Below, piece by piece: positions 31,575-45,842 of a stretch of DNA of 64,000 nt (position 1 is its first letter; every line of letters starts with the position of its first letter). A program made the position numbers and the translations under genes. Origin of the DNA: Eledone cirrhosa (Eukaryota); contig OZ024741.1 of NCBI GenBank assembly GCA_964016885.1, forward strand, positions 313,038,001 through 313,102,000, given 5' to 3'. Under the pieces are notes generated by a model. That model did no database searches and was not told the origin of the DNA. It saw only the letters and a list, made by a program, of their open reading frames with translations.

Positions 31575-34570
31575 TAGTGGGAGACCTATGAACCTAAGAT
31601 TTGTAGACAGGAAAAAGTTAAAAGTTAAATAATAATAATAATAATAATAATAAGAACAATGATAGTGGGAGACCTATGAACCTAAGATTTGTAGACAGGA
31701 AAAAGTTAAAAGAAACAACAGCTAAGGTAAACAAAGTCATCCCATACCTTGAGGCGAGGAGTCTTCACCAGTGCAACAATATCCTCAAAGCAACAGCAAA
31801 TACGGTGAGGAAACTACTTGGTATAAAAGCGAGAGGAAACAACAGACAAGAAAGAGCAGAGCCGTGGTGGAAGAACCGACTGAGTGGGCAAATCGGGGAA
31901 ATGAGAAATGACATAGGAAAGCTTGAGTCACTACTGAATGGGACACTAAAAAACATAGGCACTAAAAATAGACTGGAAATAAAATACAAAACTAGGAGTA
32001 AAAAGCTAAATATTATCATAGCGGAATTGAAGCAACGCATTGTAGCAAAGAGTGCCAAAATCAGGCGATACGAGAACAGAGTCAGTCAGTATAAACAGAA
32101 CCGCATGTTCGACAACAACCAGAAGATGCTGTTTGGACAGCTTGAGGGGAAAGAAAGAGGCAACGACTTGATCCCTGGGGCGGAACAAGCTAAAACATTC
32201 TGGAGAGGAATATGGGAGCAGGATGTTAGACACAATGCCCAGGCAGGGTGGATTGAGACAGTACAGAGGGAGATCGGTGAGCAGGCACAACAACAGACTG
32301 ATTTGAGTATCACAGTTGAAACTCTTAAGGGGCAAGCCAAAAAAACTAACCAACTGGAAATCACCAGGCCCAGATGGTGTGCAGGGGTATTGGATTAAAC
32401 ATTTAACATCCCTCCACCCGAAGCTGACGGCCATGTTCAATGACTGCTTGGTGTCGGGTGAGGTGCCAGAGTGGTTGACAAAAGGTACCACAGTTCTGAT
32501 AATGAAAGACCGAATCAAGGGTAATGATGTTACCAACTATAGACCTATCACATGTCTGCCCGTAATGTGGAAACTGTTGACGAGCATTGTGTCTGAGGAA
32601 ATCTACCATCACCTCCACACAAACAACTTGTTACCGGACGAACAGAAAGGATGCCGAAAGAAGTCACGTGGTACAAAGGACCAGTTGCTTATTGATAAGA
32701 TGGTAATGGGGAATTGCAGGAGGAGACACACTGATCTTGCCATGGGATGGATAGACTACAGAAAGGCATTTGACATGGTGCCTCATTCCTGGATCACCAA
32801 AAGCCTGGAGATCTTCAGGGTGGCAGATAACATCAGACAGTTGCTGGGCAGGAGTATGGGGTCCTGGGAGACTGAGTTGACATCAACTGGAGTATCCTTG
32901 GGAAGCGTGAAGATCAAGAGAGGTATCTTACAGGGAGATAGCCTGTCCCCTCTGTTGTTTGTCCTTGCCCTGATGCCCTTGACCATTATGCTGCGAAAAG
33001 TGAGAGCAGGATACAAGTTGGGAAGGGGAGAGCTTACCATCAATCACCTCCTCTTCATGGACGATCTTAAGCTCTTCGGGAAAAGTGAGAAGGAGTTGGA
33101 TGTGCTTGTTGACACTGTCCGTATTTTCAGCAGTGATATATGTATGCAGTTTGGTATTGGTAAATGTGGAGTCATTGTGATGAAGAGGGGTAGGTTGAGC
33201 AGAAGTAACGGGATCCAGATACCAACAGGTGAGATGATAAAGGAAATTGACTCTGAGGAAGGATACAAGTATTTGGGCGTTCTGGAGGCTGATGGCATAA
33301 AGAACAAAAAAATGAAGGAATTGTTAAGAACTGAATACATTCGGAGAGTAAGGAGCGTATTGAAGTCACATCTGAACAGCAGAAATGCCATAAGCGCAGT
33401 AAATTCCCGAGCTGTGTCTATTATTAGGTACAGTGCGGGAATTCTGAGATGGAATGTTGCTGAACAAAAAGAAATGGATAGGAAGACTAGGAAGCTATTG
33501 ACTATCTACAACATGTTCCACAAGAGGAGTGATGTCGATAGACTCTACCTAAGGAGATCTGAGGGTGGAAGAGGTCTTATCAGCATAGAGGACTGTGTTC
33601 AGATGGAGAAAAACAACCTATACAAATACGTGACCTATAGTAAGGAGCCAATGCTCAGAGCTGTACTGAAGGAGGGGACAGTAGGCCAGGGGATATCCAA
33701 GGAGGAAATAACATCAAGGAGGAAGAGCAGCCTTAAGGGAATATCCCTTCATAGTACCTTCTTTGAGAAAACTGAATTTAGAGATCCACAGACATGGAAC
33801 TGGTTGAGAAGAGGAGACCTCAAAAAGGCTACAGAAGGAATGCTAATGGCTGCGCAGGAGCAGGCCCTCAAAACGAAGTGGTTGAAGCACCATATCTACA
33901 AGGAGGAGGCTAGCCCACTGTGCAGGATCTGTGGAGAGAGAGAGGAGACTGTGGCTCACATTGTGTCCGAGTGTAAACACCTAGCCCAGACCCACTATAA
34001 GGGCTGGAAACACGATGTGATGGGCAGGGTGATCCACTGGCACCTGTGCAAAGTAAACAATCTACCACATTCTGAGAAATGGTATGAGCATAGGCCAGAG
34101 GCGGTGATGGAGAACAGTCAGGTGAAGGTGCTGTGGGATTTTAGGATACAGACGGACAAAAAACTGGAACACAATAGACCTGACCTGGTGGTTGTGGACA
34201 AAGAAAAAAGATCGTGCCTGATTGTGGATGTGGCCTGCCCGTTCGACACGAGAGTGCAAGAGAAGGAGAGGGAGAAAATTAACCGATACCAGGACCTAAA
34301 GTGGGAGGTGAAAAGGATTTGGAACTGCCATGAAGTCAAAGTGATCCCGATTGTCATAGGCGCACTGGGGACTATCTCCAAAGGTTTCCAGGGATGGTTA
34401 AAGAAAATCGGCCCCTTCACGCTTTTTGGAACGCTTCAAAAGGCATGCTTGCTTGGAACAGCAAGAACCCTCCGATACGTCCTGAATATCTGAGGCTGCA
34501 GGTAGTGGCTTGATATTCAATCCAACGGACTTTCCAGTTAACCAACATCAATGACTGAGATTCAAGGAAT
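31571..34570 (+). mobile_element. R4/Dong-clade non-LTR retrotransposon (RT plus CCHC plus restriction-like endonuclease), 5'-truncated copy A, one frameshift ~32345
   Basis: ORFs 31676-32398 and 32316-34493 carry [52 protein letters not shown]...ET..HI...C, RPDLVV, IVDVACP and K...Y.DL. A short 3' UTR and (TAA)n lie on both sides. Confidence 0.92.
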
Positions 34571-34579
34571 AACAATAAC

Positions 34580-34646
<67 letters not shown>

Positions 34647-34650
<4 letters not shown>

Positions 34651-35395
34651 GGCTACAGAAGGAATGATAATGGCTGCGCAGGAGCAGGCCCTCAAAACGA
34701 AGCGGTTGAAGCACCATATTTACAAGGAGGAGGCTAGCCCACTGTGCAGGATCTGTGGTGAGAGAGAGGAGACTGTGGCTCACATTGTGTCCGAGTGTAA
34801 ACACCTAGCCCAGACCCACTATAAGGGCTGGAGACACGATGTGATGGGCAGGGTGATCCACTGGCACCTGAGCAAAGTAAACAATTTACCACATTCTGAG
34901 AAATGGTATGAGCATAGGCCGGAGGCGGTGATGGAGAACAATCAGGTGAAGGTGCTGTGGGATTTTAGGATACAGACGGACAAAAAACTGGAACACAATA
35001 GACCTGACCTGGTGGTTGTGGACAAAGAAAAAAGATCGTGTCTGATTGTGGATGTGGCCTGCCCGTTCGACACGAGAGTGCAAGAGAAGGAGAGGGAGAA
35101 AATTAACCGATACCAGGACCTAAAGTGGGAGGTGAAAAGGATTTGGAACTGCCATGAAGTCAAAGTGATCCCGATTGTCATAGGCGCACTGGGGACTATC
35201 TCCAAAAGTTTCCAGGGATGGTTAAAGAAAATCGGCCCCTTCACGCTTTTTGGAACGCTTCAAAAGGCATGCTTGCTTGGAACAGCAAGAACCCTCCGAT
35301 ACGTCCTGAATATCTGAGGCTGCAGGTAGTGGCTTGATATTCATTCCAACGGACTTTCCAGTTAACCAACATCAATGACTGAGATTCAAGGAATA
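34647..35395 (+). mobile_element. R4/Dong copy B (heavily 5'-truncated; CCHC plus RLE only)
   Basis: ORF 34664-35317 is nearly identical to the C-terminus of copy A, with the same 3' UTR. It sits between (TAA)n tracts. Confidence 0.93.
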
Positions 35396-35400
35396 ACAAC

Positions 35401-35453
<53 letters not shown>

Positions 35454-35874
35454 GGGTAGAAGACACACATGGTGGATAGAAGGTCGAGAAATCGCTCCCG
35501 TAAGTTTTGATTTTTTAACATATTTAAATCAATTGTGAAATAACAATTCTTAGTACAAATGTTGCAGAAAACATCCGACTTGAGTCCCAAAAAATTCGGA
35601 TCCATAATATATTGTTATATCGCTCAAATATTCAATTTTGTATTATACATTTTATATTCAAAACAGAAAATGGTTATGAATGGAAGAAAACCCCCTCTGT
35701 CTACACTATATAGAACAGCCAAATAACAGCAATTTCACCAACATCAGAAACTAGATACACCACCTACCCCATCACCCCTCTGTCTACACTAAACACAACA
35801 GCCAGATAACGGCAATTTCACCACCACCACCACGAATCTCAGCATAATAATAATAATTACTATTACTATTACCT

Positions 35875-36760
35875 CAAGTTTTAGTTTTAACAAAATATTT
35901 AATTCCAATATTAAGAAAATATATCAACACATATACGCGACTAACGATAATTTCACTAAAGATAATTTCACCAACAATACCACCACCACTACCATGATGA
36001 AAACTCTGGTCAAGTCGACTCAAATTTCTACTCCAACTTCAACGCCATCACTACAGTAATACGACCACATCACCGCCACCGCTGCCTCATTATCGCTACC
36101 GCCGCTATTCTCTCCCACTACCTCCTGCTAGTTGCTGCTAGCACAGCACCGCCACCACCACCGCCACCGCTGCCTCAATATTACTACCGCCGCTATTCTC
36201 TCCCGCTACTCCCGGCTACATTGTAGAATTCCCACTAAAGAGAAAAAACATCAAAATATATAAATAGACTGAATTGATGACCCGGTCAAAATAAAAATTA
36301 AAAAAAAATAAAAATAAAAATAAAGTTTTAGTTTTAACAAAATGTTTAAATCCAATATTAAAGTAATATGTCAACACATATACGCGACTAATGATAATCT
36401 CACTAAAGATAATTTCACCACCAGTGCCACCAACACTGCCACGATGAAAATTCTGGTCAAGTCGACTCAAATTTCTACCCCATCTTCAACACCATCGCTA
36501 CAGTAATACGACCACATCGCCACCGCCGCTGCCTCATTATCGCTACCGCCGCTGCCTCATTATCGCTACCGCCGCTATTCTCTACCACTACCTCCTGCTA
36601 GTTGCTGCTGGCACAGCACCGTCATCGCCGCCGCCGCCACGGCCTTATTGTCACTAACGCCGCTATTCTCTCCCGCTAGCCCCTGCTACATTGTAGAATT
36701 CTCACTAAAAGAGGAAGGCATCAAAGTATATAAATAGACTGAATTGATGACCCGGTCAAG
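35875..36760. repeat. Diverged tandem duplication (~440-bp unit) with internal CCA/CCG-rich subrepeats
   Basis: aagttttagttttaacaaaat...gaattgatgacccggtcaa occurs at ~35877-36288 and ~36323-36759. Confidence 0.85.
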
Positions 36761-37081
36761 AAAAAAAAAGAAGCAAAATCAAAGCAGCACAGCAACAACA
36801 AAAAATGTAAAGGAAATAAAAATGAAGAGAAAAACAAACGGACGGACAGAGAAGGGAAGGGAAAAACTAAGTCAGACATTCAAACACTACATTACAATGT
36901 AACTTATGCTTATTCATTTTTAGGGTTTTTTCTGCCTGTTTGTTTGTTTGTTTATTTGGGTTCGTCTACAGCGTGATAATGCCACACAAAAGTCACGTGG
37001 AGTGACGAAACCACCGGAGACAAGTAATTCACCGGTGGTTATGAAACCATACATTCGCCAATCCTCGATAAGAGTGTTTAA

Positions 37082-40000
37082 ATGTCGAACATAAACAGTT
37101 CGAATAACGGTGAAATGGAGACTAGAATGTCATGTGACAGACTCTCACCCAACAGGTGCTCCCTGGCTCAGCAGCAGGGACCTGGCTGTGAACCAAATAC
37201 TGCTGGTGTCGGAAGAAGAAGAAGAGGAAGCAAAGGGACCAGAACTAACTGGACGAAATAATTGAATAGAACTGTTATGCAATGTTACCTGAAAAGTAAC
37301 CTCAAGGAGAAAGGCTATAGGAAAAGGATGCATAACATCTGGAACGAGATTGTACTATTTAAATTAGATGAACAAATATTGGCCAGGCAGGCCCCGGTAA
37401 TAAGAAATAATGGGTGGAAAAGCGTGCTGGAACTGGAGGAACTGAGCAGAGAGATTAGGTTGGAGATGGAGGGTGGAGTATGCCAGGCAAACAAGCCAGT
37501 GGGAAATGAAGGTGAAGAGGTCGAGAGAACGGAGGAACCACCCGGAGCAGACAATGATCTGAATGCTGAGATAAATAATACCTGGAACAGAGATACGGCC
37601 ACTGAGGAGATGAATGCTGACGGACTAGGTCAAGATTTGGTAAATATCCTAAACTTAGTGGTAGATGAATTGAACAATGATAGTGGGAGACCTATGAACC
37701 TAAGATTTGTAGACAGGAAAAAGTTAAAAGAAACAACAGCTAAGGTAAACAAAGTCATCCCATACCTAAGGCGAGGAGCCTTCACCAGTGCAACAATATC
37801 CTCAAAGCAACAGCAAATACGGTGAGGAAACTACTTGCTATAAAAGCGAGAGGAAACAATTGACAATAAAGAGTAGAGCCTTGGTGGAAGAAACGACTGA
37901 GTGGTCAAATCAGGGAAATGAGAAATGACATTGGAAAACTTGAGTCCATACTGAATGGGACACTAAAAAACATAGACACTAAAAATAGACTGGAAATAAA
38001 GTACAAAACTAGGAGGAAAAAGCTAAATATTATCATAGAGGAACTGAAGCAACGCATTGTAGCAAAGAGAATAGCGTCAGTCAGTATAGACAGAAACGCA
38101 TGTTCGACAACAACCAGAGGATGGTGTTTGGACAGCTTGAAGGGAAAGAAAGAAGCAACGACTTGATCCCTGAGGCGGAACAAACTAAAACATTCTGGAG
38201 AGGAATATGGGAGCAGGATGTTAAACATAATGACCAGGCAGTGTGGATTGAGAGTATACAGAAGGAGATTAGTGAACAGGCACACCAACAAACTGATTCG
38301 AGTTTCACAGTTGAAACTCTTAAGGGGCAGGCCAAAAAACTAACAACTGGATATCACCAGGCCCAGATGGTGTGCAGGGGTATTGGATTAAAAATATAAC
38401 ATCCCTCCACCCGAAACTGACAACCATGTTCAATGACTGCTTGATGTCAGGTGAGGTACCAGAGTTGTTGACAAAAGGTTACCACAGATCTGATAATGAA
38501 AGACCGAATCAAGGGTAATGATGTTACCAACTATAGACCTATCACATGTCTGTCCGTAATGTGGAAACTGTTGACAAGCATTATGTCTGAGGAAATCTAC
38601 CATCACCTCCACACAAACAACTTGTTTGGACGAACAGAAAGGATGCCGAAAGAAGTCACGTGGTACAAAGGACCAGTTACTTATTGATAAGATGGTAATG
38701 AGGATTTGCAAGAGGAGATACACTGGTCTTGCCATGGGATGGATAGACTACAAAAAGGCATTTGACATGGTGCCTCATTCTTGGATCACCAAAAGCCTGG
38801 AGATCTTCAAGGTGGCAGATAACATCAGACAGTTGTTGGGCAAAAGTATGAAGTCCTGGGAAACAGAGTTAACATCAACTGGAGAATCCCTGGGAAGCGT
38901 GAAGATCAAGAGAGGTATCTTCCAGGGAGATAGTCTGTCCCCTCTGTTGTTTGTCCTTGCCCTGATGCCCCTGACCAGTGTACTGCGAAAAGTGAGAGTA
39001 GGATACAGGTTGGGAAAGGGAGGGCTTACCATCAACCACCTCCTCTTCATGGACGATCTTAAGCTCTTCGGGAAGAGTGAGAAGGAGTTGGATGCGCTTG
39101 TTGACACTGTCCGTATTTTCAGCAGTGATATATGTATGCAATTTGGTATTAGTAAGTGTGGAGTCATTGTGATGAGGAGGGGTAAGTTGAGCAGAAGTAA
39201 CGGGATCCAGATACCAACAGGTGAGATGATAAAGGAAATTGACTCTGAGGAAGGATACAAGTATTTGGGCGTTCTGGAGGCTGATGACAGCAAGAACAAA
39301 AAAATGAAAGAGTTGATAAGAACTGAATACCTTCGGAGTGTAGGGAGCGTATTAAAGTCACATCTGAACAGTAGGAATGCCATAAGTGCAGTAAATTGCC
39401 GAGTTGTGTCTATTATTAGGTACAGTGCGGGAATTCTGAGATGGAATGTTGCTGAACAAAAAGAAATGGATAGGAAGATTAGGAAGCTATTGACTATCTA
39501 CAATATGTTCCACAAGAGGAGTGGTGTCGATAGACTCTACTTAAGGAGATCTGAAGGTGGTAGAGGTTTTATCAGCATAGAGGACTGTGTTCAGATGGAG
39601 AAAATCAACCTACACAAATATGTGACTGATAGTAAGGAGCCAATGCTCAACACTGTACTGAAGGAGGGGACAATAGGCCAGTGGATGTCCAAGGAGGAGA
39701 AAACATCTAGGAGAGAGAGCAGCCTTCAGGAAAAATCCCTTCATAGTACCTTCTTTGAGAAAACTGAATTTAGAGATCCACAGACATGGAACTGGTTGAA
39801 AAGAGGAGACCTTAAAAAGGCTACAGAAGGAATGTTAATGGCTGCGCAGGAGCAGGCCCTCAAAACGAAGTGGTTGAAACACCACATTTACAAGGAGGAG
39901 GCTAGCCCACTGTGCAGGATCTGTGGAGAGAGAGAGAGAGGAGACTGTGGCTCACAATGTATCCGAGTGTAAACACCTAGCCCAGACTCACTATAAGGGC

Positions 40001-40565
40001 TGGAGACATGATGTGATGGGCAGGGTGATCCACTGGCACCTATGTAAAGTAAATAATTTACCACATTCTGAGAAGTGGTATGAGCATAAGCCAGAGGTGG
40101 TGATAGAAAACGATCAGGTGAAGGTGCTGTCGGATTTTAGGATACAGACGGACAATAAACTGGAACACAATAGACCTGACCTGGTGGTTTTGGACAAAGA
40201 AAAAAAATCGTGCCTGATTGGGGATGTGGCCTGCCCATTCGACACGAGAGTGCAAGAGAAGGAGAGGGAGAAAATTAACCGATACCATGACTTAAAGTGG
40301 GAGGTAAAAAGGATTTGGAACTGCCATGAAGTCAAAGTGATCCCGATTGTCATAGGCGCACTAGGGACTATCTCAAAAAGTTTCCTGGGATGGTTAAAGA
40401 AAATTGTCCCCGCCACGCTTTTTGGAAAGCTTCAAAAGGCATGCTTGCTGGGAACAGCAAGAACCCTCCGATACGTCCTGAATATCTGAGGCTGCAGGTA
40501 GTGGCTTGATATTCATTTCAACAAACTTTTCAGTTAACTAACATCAATGACTGAGACTCAAAGAA
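37082..40565 (+). mobile_element. R4/Dong copy C, near full-length ORF, multiply frameshifted
   Basis: From ATG at 37082: ..RTNWTK*LNRTVMQCY...GYRKRMHNIWNE (N-terminal domain), followed by the same RT/CCHC/RLE as copy A in broken frames, the 3' UTR and a (TAA)n tail. Confidence 0.92.
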
Positions 40566-40619
40566 CAATAATAATAATATTAATAATAATAATAATAATA
40601 ATAATGATAATAATAATTA

Positions 40620-40808
40620 ATTCTACTTTTGGCACAAGGCCAGCAATTACCCAGTGCATTACTGGTACCTTATTTTATCGACCCCGTAAGGATGAAAGGC
40701 AAATTTAATGTCGGCGGGATTTGAACTCAGAATGGAAAGGGCCGTAACTATGCATTAAAGCATGGCGTCCGACCCTCTACCGATACTGCCAATCCACCGC
40801 CCTATAAT

Positions 40809-40847
<39 letters not shown>

Positions 40848-40932
40848 CATAATACTTATTTCTACTTTTGGCACAAGGCCAGCAAATACCCAGTGCATTA
40901 CTGGTACTTTATTTTATCGACCCCGGAAAGAT
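40620..40932 (-). mobile_element. Two SINE copies (full 40620-40802; 3' part only 40860-40932)
   Basis: Same family as 4231-4412, separated by (AAT)n. Confidence 0.87.
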
Positions 40933-40934
40933 GA

Positions 40935-43900
40935 TAATAATAATGGTTTCTTTATTGGCCAAAAGGGCTAACACGAAGAAAAACATTAGAGAGGGCACAG
41001 AGCAGTACAGGTCGATACAAAATGGATTTTGGTTGTGTAAACAAATTATAACAACATTGGGCTAGAAATCAAAAAAACTCAAACAACAAACATTCTCCCA
41101 AAACCCTGACTACCAGGGCAAGCGACCTCTCTCACTTTTACCACTCCTCAGCCTACAGGCGCATACTCAGAGCGCCCCCGTTAACTCGGACCAGACTCGC
41201 CACTTTCACCCACCTTTCAACAAACTTACTAGAAGGCAGCAGTTGCGTCTCCACCCTGATTTTCCTCTTCAAGCGAAATTTGAAAAAGTTAATCAGGGAC
41301 TGGCCGAAGAGGAAGTCGTCCGTCTTCAACCCTTTCAACCTTGTCCACCACACAAACGCTTTCGCAATGGCCACTAGGCAGCTGAAAACTGCCTGCCCTT
41401 CCTCCTCTTTAAAGGAGGAAGGCGGGGCTATCTGCACAATTGACTCGTCCTACACGCGACAGCAACTGTCCGACATCGCTCCTCAAGTCAGCAATCCTCG
41501 GGCACTGACAGAGTGCGTGCATGACGGTTTCCTCGCCCTGCGCACATCTCGGACAGGCTCGGCTGACAGCACCTCCGTGTCTGTAGAGATTATCCCGTAC
41601 CTGCTACGATCCCCGGTAGCACTGCCAGGCCAGGGATTTCTGGAAGTTCTCCATAGGCCCCGGTTTGAAAGTTCTCATGAAGAGACCGAACAGCTCATCC
41701 TCTTCGACGCCCAGGGTCTCCCCGAGGACGTCGTCGCTCTTCCTCTCCACTAGCTCTCTATAGTATACGGAGGTGTATGTTACACCGATACTACTGCCCA
41801 GCTGGTAGATGGCGGTGAGCGCTTATAGACATTCCAGCTTCCAAGTGCTATCCCACGGTCTTTTCCTGATCCAGGCCTGCAACTCAGTCAAGGAGACGAG
41901 CTGCGGAAAAGCGCGTCTGGCAAACGGCGACCACACCGGTTCACCGTCAATGAAGCACCAGAGATGTCGCACCGTCAGAGCATGTTTATGCATCATCAGC
42001 CACGGCATACCTAGTCCTCCACGCAACGGGTGTTGACAGCAAATGGATCTTCTGATCATGGGTGCACTTCCCTTCACAAAAATTGAAAGTGAATGCGCTC
42101 CATTGTGATTAGAGTTGGGCGGGGGAAAGGTACGACGGTCAGGCGCTAGCAGATGATTGACGCTATGTATGCATTCGCCTCCTTCGCCCGATCTTTCAGA
42201 GACGGCCTCCTCTTGGCCCATTTCCGGGTGAGAGAGGCCACCTTGCTCGTCAACTCGCTCCAGTTTTTCACCATCTGGAGGTCTGGTCCGAACCAGACCC
42301 CGAGCAATTTAACCGGTAATTCCTTCCAGCGCCCCACGACGCTGTAGGACGGCATGGACTTGCCTCTCCAGGTGCCGCGTTGCAAGCCCACCGACATTTC
42401 CTGGCTTATCTTTGCTCCTGATATCGCTTCGTATTCCTTGAGAGCGGTGCCGAACATCTGGACGTGTTTGGTGCTCTACACCAACACGGTGACGTCGTCG
42501 GCGTAAGCTTACATGGATCTCCCGCATCCAAGTTCGCGTGGGGCCCCACCCCCCTCAACGTCTCCAATTAGTGCAGTAACGGCTCTAGGTCCAGTACGAA
42601 CAAGAGGGACGAGAGGGGGCAACCCTGGCGGATCGAGCGCATGATGCTGAAATGCTGCGACAGATGACCATTCACCCTCACCATCGAGCAGATGTCCCTG
42701 TGTATCGTAGCGAATCAGTCTCTAAAAACGGGACCGATGCAGGCCGCCTCGAGGGCCGCAGCCAGGTACCGATAGTCGACCCTATCAAATGCTTTAGATT
42801 GATCCAAGTTGATGAGGGCCCCACCGGTGCCATGTTCCTTAACCACCCTCTCTACGATGTATCGCATGAGATGGAGGTTGTCGTGGATGCATTTGTCAGG
42901 AATGGCGCATGTCTGCGCCTTCCTACAAGATTACCGACGACAAGCACCAATCTCTTTGCTAACACCTTGGCTGAAATCTTAAACTCTGTGTTTAGAAGAG
43001 TTATGGTCCCGAAGTTGTCTATAACGTTCCCATTGTTCGGGTCTTTTCTCAGCAGCGCAACCGCTCCCCGGCTCACAAAACTGGGAAAGCTCCCGTTCTG
43101 TTGCCAGTTGCAGTAGACATCTGCCAAGAGGTCGCCGAACAAGTCTGGCATATACGCATAAAGCTCGTAGGGCAGACATCCAAACCTGGCGATTTACTCA
43201 GACATCGCTTCCCGTATTTCACCTGCTGGTATCGGCTTTTCACAGTACTATGTTGCAGTGGTCGAGAGTCTCGGCAGTGCGTCCAGGTATGCACCGAAGT
43301 CCATACTCCGAAACAGCCCGCCGCCTCTCCGGAACAATTGAGCAAAGTGCTGTTGAAAAGCCGCTCACATCTACTCGGGTACGAGCAACATGTGCCCGTT
43401 TTTATCAGGCAGAGACCGAATTGTGGCCCTGCTGCCACGTCGCGCCTCCACCACCCGGGCTCATTGAACGGCTTTCATCCCCTCGTGTGTTTGAACACGC
43501 GCTCTAGCTCTGACAACGTAGCCTTCATGCTTTGCGTTGAAAAATTAGTCGAGTGCCAATCTCGCCGCAAGCACGCCGGTTGCGATGCCTGTCCTAAACG
43601 CCTCTTCTGGCTTTCTAACTAACTCTCCCTCTTCTCTATTTTACTCTATCACTACTCCTTTGCTATACCTTATCGATTCTACTCTAATAGCTCTTTTCAG
43701 GGTAAACTACCACCTGTTGTTGACGATCGCACCCGTCAACGCACGCTTAACTAATTCGGTAATCCGGTCTCTGTAAGCTTCGCACGCCGGGAACAACGCA
43801 TTCAGCTTCCAGTAGCCGGGCCCTTGCCTATGGAGTCTATCTAATTCCACTTCACATATAATACATTTGTGGTCCGTGTAGTTGACTACTTTAAGTTGTG

Positions 43901-45842
43901 GACAACCTACACTAGCCTTATCTGTTTCCCTACCAAATACCCTATCTAAATACGATCTGGATGACCCGATGCAGTTTGCCCATGTCCACATTGGCACATT
44001 CGGATAATCCAGTCTCTACCTCTCAGACATTTCAAAACGTCTGGGCAGGTTGATGAGGCTTTTACACCCTGATTCCCTGTCTACTAGCCCCACATAATTC
44101 CAGCGTGCATCTAAAATACCGTTCCAGTAGCCCACTAATACTAAAGAGCGGAAAGTTCCAAGAAAGGTCTCTAGACGTCTAAAGAAATCTGGCCGTCCTG
44201 TTCCTGTTGGGGCGTATACGGCTACTAGCCTGAAAGCATTGCCTTCGCTGCCGGTCACGTCCAGCATCACCTACCTACCTTCTGGGTACAGGAAGATGGA
44301 CCATATGGCGAGATCCAAACCTCTCCGAAAAAGCACGGCAAACCCGCCCCCGGAACTTGGACGGCTGGGAGATGCGTATACATCGTAGCCGCCGAAGATC
44401 GGTGCGAAGGCTCGTGCTTCGGAGATTCTGGCCTCGCTGATGGCCACCACATCTATGTTTAGTGAACTGAAGTCGTTGTGCAGGTGACCCTGCTTCCAAG
44501 ATGACCCCAGGCCACGTACATTTATAGTGCCTATTCTAATTACGGCCATGTTGAAAGGGAAACGGGGTAAGTGAGAAAGTATCCCTTACCTTGATCGTGT
44601 GGTGAAGGGGCAGTAGAACCGTCCCTTTGACTGGTCATGGGTGTTTCCAAGAGGATGTCGGTGTATATACTCTTGGTAAGCGAAAGTCTCCTACTGCGTT
44701 GGGGAATTTTTGTTTTCAAAGTTTGTAATGTTCTATTTTGATTTCAATGATGCTAATTTTTGTCGGGAGAGTTCTTTGTGTTGGTGGGGTGTAGTAGTTT
44801 TTTTTCTGTGATGTCTGTGTGCTTCTTTATATGTTGCAAGAGTTCTTTATTTGCCATGTTTATGGCTGTGTACTTTTGGGGGAGGGGTTATTTTGTTACT
44901 GTTATCTTGTTGTTGCTGTTGGGTGTGTGTGTTTGTTGTGTTTGCAATGTTGGTGTTTTTTCCTAATGCTGGCGGTGGTGTGGTTGTTGTTGGTGGCGAT
45001 GCTTGTGGTGCTGATAGTGATGGTGGTGGTGTTGCTACAAGTCTCCTTGCACCCTTTACCCCTCTGTGTCTGCCTTCGCTTTTGGAGGGTGAAGCTAAGG
45101 GTTTTTTTTCTTTTTTGTTTTTCTGTGGCAGACCGTTTGCCACTTCCCTCCAGCCTCACACGCCATGTCGGCCCCCGCAGCGCTTGGGAGGGGCATCAGC
45201 TCCAATACTGTTGGTGGTGTTAGAGGAGCCCGATCCTGCGATTCTACCGCCTGTGTAGCTAGTGCGACTGTTGGTGTTGCAGCCTATGCTGCCGCGGCTT
45301 TATTTGTCTTCGGCCTTGGAATTGGTGCCACGGACGTTGCCCTCCTACTTACCATGGAAGTATTTTATGCCTGTGGCCTGCCCTGTTCTTGGTAGCAGTG
45401 GCTCAGGCGTCGGAAGGAATGGGGCCCTCATCTTCGTTGTTTTCTGCGGGCAGAATGCCCTGAGCTGACCCTTATGCTCACAGATATAGCACTTTGGGCG
45501 CCTACCTTCGACGCTTATAGGAGTTGGAGCCCATCTTCGAGGTCTATGATGTCAGGGATATCCCCCGGTGCACTCCTGGTCAGTCTGTCTTAGCATTTGC
45601 ATGCCTGTTCCTGAACAGTTCTCTCTTCCCATTCTCTGTTTTTGCAGTATAGTGCCTTCTCCTTGATTCCAGCAAGTACAGACGCGGCCAGCCAAAGTAT
45701 GGGCACGGCGGGCGGGACCTGGCCACTTTGACCCTCACAATGTTCTGCCCGCAGTAGGAGGTTTACCAAAGCGTGAGACTTCGCTTCTTGGAGGTTGGTG
45801 AAATGTATGTCTACTGTGGCGTACGTTTTGCCTCGGGTCACG
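40935..45842 (-). mobile_element. L1/Tx1-clade LINE copy 1 (partial ORF1, ORF2 44549->41153 APE-RT, degraded)
   Basis: MAVIRIGTINVRGL, LVAVYAP, GPGYWKLN, ITLLNTEFKISAKVLAKRL, VKLLGVWFG and GGLGMP in broken frames. ORF1 has a zinc-knuckle remnant (GRRPKCYIC). AATAAA and an (ATT)n tail lie at ~40950-40935. Confidence 0.88.

Noticed and set aside
36990-37045. Hammerhead upstream of Dong copy C (gtcac/gtgac-GAAA-ccaccgg/ccggtgg-TT)
   Set aside because: Stems II and III are good but the CUGANGA box is absent (cacaaaa). At best it is a dead remnant, and its link to the LINE is not supported.
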